Assembly: GCA_046545795.1 (NCBI GenBank)
Contig: JBKGZD010000001.1
Span: 1 to 57,320 of the forward strand
Direction of reading: 5' to 3'
Length of the DNA stretch: 57,320 bases
Origin: Bacteroidales bacterium
GTDB taxonomy: Bacteria > Bacteroidota > Bacteroidia > Bacteroidales > UBA12077
Below, one piece after another: positions 52,630 to 57,320 of this stretch. A program made the translations under genes and the position numbers. How positions within the stretch are numbered: the stretch's first letter is position 1; every line of letters begins with the position of its first letter. The notes below the pieces were generated by a model. That model did not search any database and was not told the origin of the DNA. It saw only the letters and a program-made list of their open reading frames with translations.

Positions 52630-53847
52630 ATGAATAAGAAAAAAATTATTAATGACCCGGTATATGGATTTATAAACATATTTGATGAAATAATATATGA
52701 TCTTATAGAAACGCCCTATTTTCAAAGACTAAGAAGGATAAAGCAATTAGGTTTGACGCACTATGTATACCCTGGTGCTACACATACCCGCTTCCATCAT
52801 TCCCTGGGGGCTATGCACCTGATGCAATTAACAATTGATATTATTCGCTCCAAAGGTCATGAAATTACACCGGAAGAAGCTCGGGCAGCAAAAATAGCGA
52901 TATTACTCCACGACCTGGGACATGGGCCTCTTTCTCATACTCTGGAGAATGTATTAATCGATGGTTATTCACATGAGTATCTATCTCAACTCTTAATGCA
53001 CGATCTAAATAAAAAATTCAACAAAGAACTTAGTTTGGCTATAGAAATTTTTTCTGGCAGATACAAAAAAAAGTTTTTACACCAATTGGTTGCAAGTCAG
53101 CTTGATGTAGACCGGCTCGATTATTTGCGACGAGACAGCTTCTACACGGGGGTTTCGGAAGGTATAATAGGCGCAGACAGAATTATAAAAATGCTTACAG
53201 TTCATAATGATCAACTTGTGATTGAAGCAAAAGGCATTCATTCAATTGAAAAATTTCTAATTGCAAGGTGGATAATGTACTGGCAGGTTTATTTTCATAA
53301 AACTGTAATTTCAGCCGAACAGCTCGTCACAAATATTATTAAAAGAGCCAGGGAATTAAGCCGAAAAGGACAAGACCTTCCCTGCACACCTGTGATGAAA
53401 TATTTTATTACAGACCAGTATAAAGTGGATAATGAAAAAAACCTGATTTACAATTTCATCCGTCTGGATGACAGCGATATTGCGGTATGCACAAAAAGAT
53501 GGGCGGATTATGATGACCCCGTATTAGCAAATCTATGCAATAAAATGTATAACAGAAAATTATACAAAATTGAGTTACAAAACGAACCGTTTGACCAAAA
53601 AAGAATAAATGACCTCAAAGCTGAATTTCAGAAAAATCATAACTTCAGTGAAGAAGATATGGATTATTTTGTATTTTCGGATAACTTATCAAATAAAGCA
53701 TACAGTGCATTCGACGACAAAATTCAGATACTCTATAAAAACAATAATGTCATGGATATAACAGATGCTTCAGATATGCTTAATCTTTCTGTTTTATCTA
53801 AAATTGTAAAAAAACATTTTTTATGTTATCCTAAGAACACAAAATAA
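52630..53847 (+). CDS. HD-domain phosphohydrolase (SAMHD1/EF1143-like dNTP triphosphohydrolase family)
   Basis: 405-aa ORF with HTRFHHSLGAMHL, LLHDLGHGPLSH and DVDRLDYLRRDSFYTG motifs. Confidence 0.8.
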   Translation: MNKKKIINDPVYGFINIFDEIIYDLIETPYFQRLRRIKQLGLTHYVYPGATHTRFHHSLGAMHLMQLTIDIIRSKGHEITPEEARAAKIAILLHDLGHGPLSHTLENVLIDGYSHEYLSQLLMHDLNKKFNKELSLAIEIFSGRYKKKFLHQLVASQLDVDRLDYLRRDSFYTGVSEGIIGADRIIKMLTVHNDQLVIEAKGIHSIEKFLIARWIMYWQVYFHKTVISAEQLVTNIIKRARELSRKGQDLPCTPVMKYFITDQYKVDNEKNLIYNFIRLDDSDIAVCTKRWADYDDPVLANLCNKMYNRKLYKIELQNEPFDQKRINDLKAEFQKNHNFSEEDMDYFVFSDNLSNKAYSAFDDKIQILYKNNNVMDITDASDMLNLSVLSKIVKKHFLCYPKNTK

Positions 53848-54000
53848 GACAGTGCAATAGCCTTGGTTATTTTATAAAAACTATTAATAACCAATTAGAT
53901 ATCGCAACAAAATATTTAACCACACATTAAAATAACCAAAAGAAAATAATATTTAATTCCAAATTATCATTATTTTTGCGGAAATTTAACACACCGAAAT

Positions 54001-55038
54001 ATGGAATTTACAGCTAAGGAGATAGCAAATATAATAAACGGAGAAATCGAAGGAAACCCTGATACAAGAGTCAGTGGTTTTTCAAAAATAGAAGAAGGAA
54101 AAGAAGGCACACTTTCATTCATAGCAAATCCCAAATACAGCAAGTACCTAAAAACCAGCAAAGCTTCTATAATAATTGTCAGCAAGGATTTCAATACTAA
54201 AGAAGCCGTACAAAATACCCTCATAAAAGTTGACAATGCCTATGAATCCTTTGCAAAGCTACTTTCTTTTGCTGATAAGCACAAAATAAATAAAACAGGC
54301 ATTAGTAAAACTGCTGCAATTGACGAAAGCAGCCACGTAGGGGAAGACGCATATATTGGAGATTATGTGATTATAGGGAGCAATTGCACGATAGAAAAGA
54401 ATGTAAAAATATTGCCACATTGCTACATTGGAGACGAAGTTGTTATTAAAGAAGGGACTACTCTGTATCCTGATGTCAAAATATACCCGGGTTGTGAACT
54501 TGGTGCAAATTGTGTGATCCATGCAGGTGTAATAATTGGTAGTGACGGTTTTGGATTTGCGCCACAAAGCAACAACAATTATCATAAAGTGCCCCAGGTA
54601 GGGAATGTAATTATTGAAGATAATGTGGAAATTGGAGCTAACACCTGTATTGACAGGGCAACTATTGGTTCTACGATAATACGAAAAGGCGTCAAACTGG
54701 ACAATCTCATACAAATTGCACATAATGTAGAAGTTGGGGAAAACACAGTAATAGCAGCACAATCAGGAATAGCCGGTTCTACAAAAATCGGGCGAGATTG
54801 TATGTTCGGGGGCCAGGTTGGCATTGTAGGTCATTTAAAAATCGGAAACCATGTGAGAATAGCAGCACAATCAGGAATTACCTCTAATATAAAAGACGGA
54901 GAGGTTGTGCAGGGAGCACCTGCCTTCGATTTTGGAACATACCAAAAGTCCTATGTATTATTCAGAAAGCTTCCTGAACTTTATAAAAAAATTAACGAGC
55001 TTGAAGACCAAATAAAAAAACTATCGAGTAATAAATAA
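54001..55038 (+). CDS. lpxD: UDP-3-O-acylglucosamine N-acyltransferase
   Basis: 345-aa ORF with left-handed beta-helix hexapeptide repeats, an LpxD-type N-terminal domain, and a position upstream of lpxC/fabZ-lpxA. Confidence 0.92.
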   Translation: MEFTAKEIANIINGEIEGNPDTRVSGFSKIEEGKEGTLSFIANPKYSKYLKTSKASIIIVSKDFNTKEAVQNTLIKVDNAYESFAKLLSFADKHKINKTGISKTAAIDESSHVGEDAYIGDYVIIGSNCTIEKNVKILPHCYIGDEVVIKEGTTLYPDVKIYPGCELGANCVIHAGVIIGSDGFGFAPQSNNNYHKVPQVGNVIIEDNVEIGANTCIDRATIGSTIIRKGVKLDNLIQIAHNVEVGENTVIAAQSGIAGSTKIGRDCMFGGQVGIVGHLKIGNHVRIAAQSGITSNIKDGEVVQGAPAFDFGTYQKSYVLFRKLPELYKKINELEDQIKKLSSNK

Positions 55039-55053
55039 ATAAAAAATCCATAT

Positions 55054-56451
55054 ATGGGAGATAAACAAACAACCATAAGCGAACCAATAAAATTACAGGG
55101 AAAAGGCTTACATACAGGATACGAAGTTGAAATACAATTTAAACCAGCACCGCCAAATCACGGATATAAATTTCAACGCATAGATTTAAAAGAAAAACCA
55201 ATAATAAAAGCTATTGTAGATAACGTGGTGGATACCTCAAGAGGAACTACAATTGAAGAAAATGGAATAAAAATTCATACCATTGAACATGTTATGGCTG
55301 CTTTAAGAGGGATGAATATAGATAATGTCCTCATAGAACTTAATGGCCCGGAAACACCAATTATGGACGGCAGCTCAAGAGTATATGTTGAAGAGTTTGA
55401 AAAAACAGGAATTGAAGAGCAGGATGAAGATAAAAATTACTTTGAGATCAAAGAGAAAACAATATTCAAGGATGAGGAAAACGATATTGAGTTGATTGTA
55501 TACCCGGACGAAGAGCTCTCAATTAATGTTTTAATTGATTATAATTCAAAAGTTTTAGGCCATCAATACGCTTCTTATGATCAAAAGACAGATTTTAAGA
55601 AGGAAGTTGCCCCATCCAGAACATTTGTTTTTTTCCACGAGTTGGAGTTTCTTTTAAGAAATAATTTAATAAAAGGCGGAGACCTGGAGAATGCTATTGT
55701 AATAATGGAGAACCCTGTTCCCCAGGAAGAACTAGACCGGATTGCTGATCTGTTCAACAAACCAAGAGTAAAAGTTAAGCCAGAAGGTGTATTAAATAAT
55801 GTTGACTTATATTACAACAATGAACCTGCCCGGCATAAACTGCTTGATATGATTGGCGACATTGCACTTATAGGCCAACCTGTCAAGGGCAAGATAATTG
55901 CAAAAAAACCAGGACATCATGCTAATACCGAATTATCTAAAAAAATACTGAAGAGTATCCGGAAAGAAGCTTCAGAAGATCATATACCGGATATTGATCT
56001 TAGTGAACCACCATTATTAGATGTTAATCAGATTTGTAAATTCTTACCTCACAGACCGCCTTTCTTACTAGTAGATAAAATACTTCAGATGGATCATTCA
56101 TCCATTATTGGATTAAAAAATATTACGATGAATGAAGGGTTCTTCATGGGTCATTTCCCAAATGAGCCTTTAATGCCAGGTGTGCTGCAAGTAGAAGCAA
56201 TGGCACAGGTTGGAGGCATTCTGGTCCTTAATTCTGTACCTGACCCAGAAAACTATCATACATACTTTCTTAAAATCGATAAAGTAAGATTTAAAAGAAA
56301 AGTTGTGCCAGGAGACACACTGGTATTTAAACTCGCACTTAAAGCACCAGTACGCCGGGGAATTGTTACCATGACAGGACAAGCTTTTGTTGGCAAGACA
56401 GTCGTAATGGAAGGAGAATTAACTGCTCAAATCGCTAAAAATGATAATTAA
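55054..56451 (+). CDS. lpxC/fabZ: Bifunctional UDP-3-O-acyl-GlcNAc deacetylase / 3-hydroxyacyl-ACP dehydratase (LpxC-FabZ fusion)
   Basis: 465-aa ORF. The N-terminal part is LpxC (GKGLHTG, HTIEHVMAAL, GHHAN). The C-terminal part is a FabZ hotdog (LPHRPPFLLVDKI, GHFPNEPLMPGVL). Confidence 0.93.
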   Translation: MGDKQTTISEPIKLQGKGLHTGYEVEIQFKPAPPNHGYKFQRIDLKEKPIIKAIVDNVVDTSRGTTIEENGIKIHTIEHVMAALRGMNIDNVLIELNGPETPIMDGSSRVYVEEFEKTGIEEQDEDKNYFEIKEKTIFKDEENDIELIVYPDEELSINVLIDYNSKVLGHQYASYDQKTDFKKEVAPSRTFVFFHELEFLLRNNLIKGGDLENAIVIMENPVPQEELDRIADLFNKPRVKVKPEGVLNNVDLYYNNEPARHKLLDMIGDIALIGQPVKGKIIAKKPGHHANTELSKKILKSIRKEASEDHIPDIDLSEPPLLDVNQICKFLPHRPPFLLVDKILQMDHSSIIGLKNITMNEGFFMGHFPNEPLMPGVLQVEAMAQVGGILVLNSVPDPENYHTYFLKIDKVRFKRKVVPGDTLVFKLALKAPVRRGIVTMTGQAFVGKTVVMEGELTAQIAKNDN

Positions 56452-57233
56452 TGGAAAACAATAACGTATACATACATCCTGATGCGAAAATAGGAAAAAA
56501 CGTAACTCTTGAGCCTTTTACAAGCATAGCTGGTGATGTGGTAATCGAAGACGGTTCATGGATTGGCCCGAACGCTACAATCATGGACGGTGCCAGGATA
56601 GGCAAAAACTGTAAAATTTTCCCGGGTGCAGTAATTTCAGCCATACCCCAGGATTTAAAATTTCAGGGTGAAATAACGACAGCAGAGATTGGGGACAACT
56701 CGATAATCAGGGAATGCGTGACTGTAAACAGGGGAACAAAATCAAAAAATAAAACAATCATTGGGCAAAACACAATGTTAATGGCGTATAGTCACATTGC
56801 TCATGATTGTATCATTGGAAACAACATAATAATAGGAAATGCGTGCCAGATTGCAGGAGAAGTTGAAATTGATGACTGGGCTATACTAAGTGGACTTGTT
56901 GCAGTACACCAATTTGTGCGAATAGGAAAACATGTTATGATCTCCGGAGGCTCGCTGGTAAGAAAAGATGTACCACCATATATTAAAGCAGCCCATGAAC
57001 CTCTTGCTTATGCAGGCGTGAATTCAATTGGCTTAAGAAGAAGAAATTTCTCTAATGAAAAAATTAATGAAATTCTCGAGATGTACAGGGAACTCTATCT
57101 TCGAGGCAATAACAACAGCCAGGCTATAGAAAATATAAAATCTAAAATTTCGGCATCAGAGGAAAGGGAAGAAATCATTAATTTCTTTCAGCAATCGGAA
57201 CGGGGGATAATAAAAGGAGTGAATTCCCAATAA
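56451..57233 (+). CDS. lpxA: Acyl-ACP--UDP-N-acetylglucosamine O-acyltransferase
   Basis: 260-aa ORF with hexapeptide repeats and an LpxA C-terminal helical domain. Its ATG overlaps the upstream stop (TAATG). Confidence 0.93.
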   Translation: MENNNVYIHPDAKIGKNVTLEPFTSIAGDVVIEDGSWIGPNATIMDGARIGKNCKIFPGAVISAIPQDLKFQGEITTAEIGDNSIIRECVTVNRGTKSKNKTIIGQNTMLMAYSHIAHDCIIGNNIIIGNACQIAGEVEIDDWAILSGLVAVHQFVRIGKHVMISGGSLVRKDVPPYIKAAHEPLAYAGVNSIGLRRRNFSNEKINEILEMYRELYLRGNNNSQAIENIKSKISASEEREEIINFFQQSERGIIKGVNSQ

Positions 57234-57320
57234 AAAAATTAATTAAAAAAGGGGAACTCTACTTCTTACTCCACCCCTGAGCTTTGAGCTCGATTTCATG
57301 GTCACTATAGCTGATCATGT

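Noticed and set aside
53863-53894. Inverted repeat TTGGTTATT-(14 nt)-AATAACCAA downstream of the HD-domain gene, considered as a terminator.
   Set aside because: The stem is almost entirely A/T, the loop is long, and no T-run follows. It is not convincing as an intrinsic terminator.

Overview
This is a low-GC (roughly one-third G+C by eye) chromosomal segment from a member of the Bacteroidota. Supporting lineage markers are the T9SS translocon gene sprA, an LpxC-FabZ fusion, a DAHP-synthase/chorismate-mutase fusion, TTG-N19-20-TAnnTTTG promoter-like boxes, and no Shine-Dalgarno sequences. A HydF-like gene hints at an anaerobic lineage.

The window is almost entirely core housekeeping:
- nadK, a CBS-domain gene and pdxJ; a hydrolase, an exonuclease and udk.
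- A convergent pair of signalling genes: a hybrid His-kinase/receiver, and a propeller/Y_Y_Y sensor fused to a PP2C phosphatase.
- eno, then one uninterrupted minus-strand ribosomal super-operon of about 18 kb, from rpsL-rpsG-fusA-rpsJ through rpoA-rplQ. It includes a 38-aa rpmJ that is absent from the ORF track.
- DAHPS/CM, purS and pssA; a small HAD-like protein and a glutaminyl cyclase.
- A methyltransferase, a HydF-like GTPase and an aspartase-family lyase on one strand.
- ruvA-sprA-gcvH, rimP-nusA-infB, an HD phosphohydrolase, and lpxD-lpxC/fabZ-lpxA.

I found no rRNA, tRNA, CRISPR array, integrase, transposase or obvious defence island. I do not see a clear novel multi-gene system, and nothing here looks horizontally acquired.

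The items most worth a second look are:
1. The orphan HydF-like GTPase with its aspartase-like neighbour, with no hydE, hydG or hydA in view.
2. The periplasmic propeller sensor wired to a PP2C output, next to a hybrid kinase whose ATP-binding boxes look degenerate.
3. An intrinsic-terminator hairpin inside the rimP-nusA-infB leader.
4. A glutaminyl cyclase together with two Ala|Gln signal-peptide cleavage sites (the 'Q-rule').
5. Unusually long charged tails on L17, L22 and IF2.
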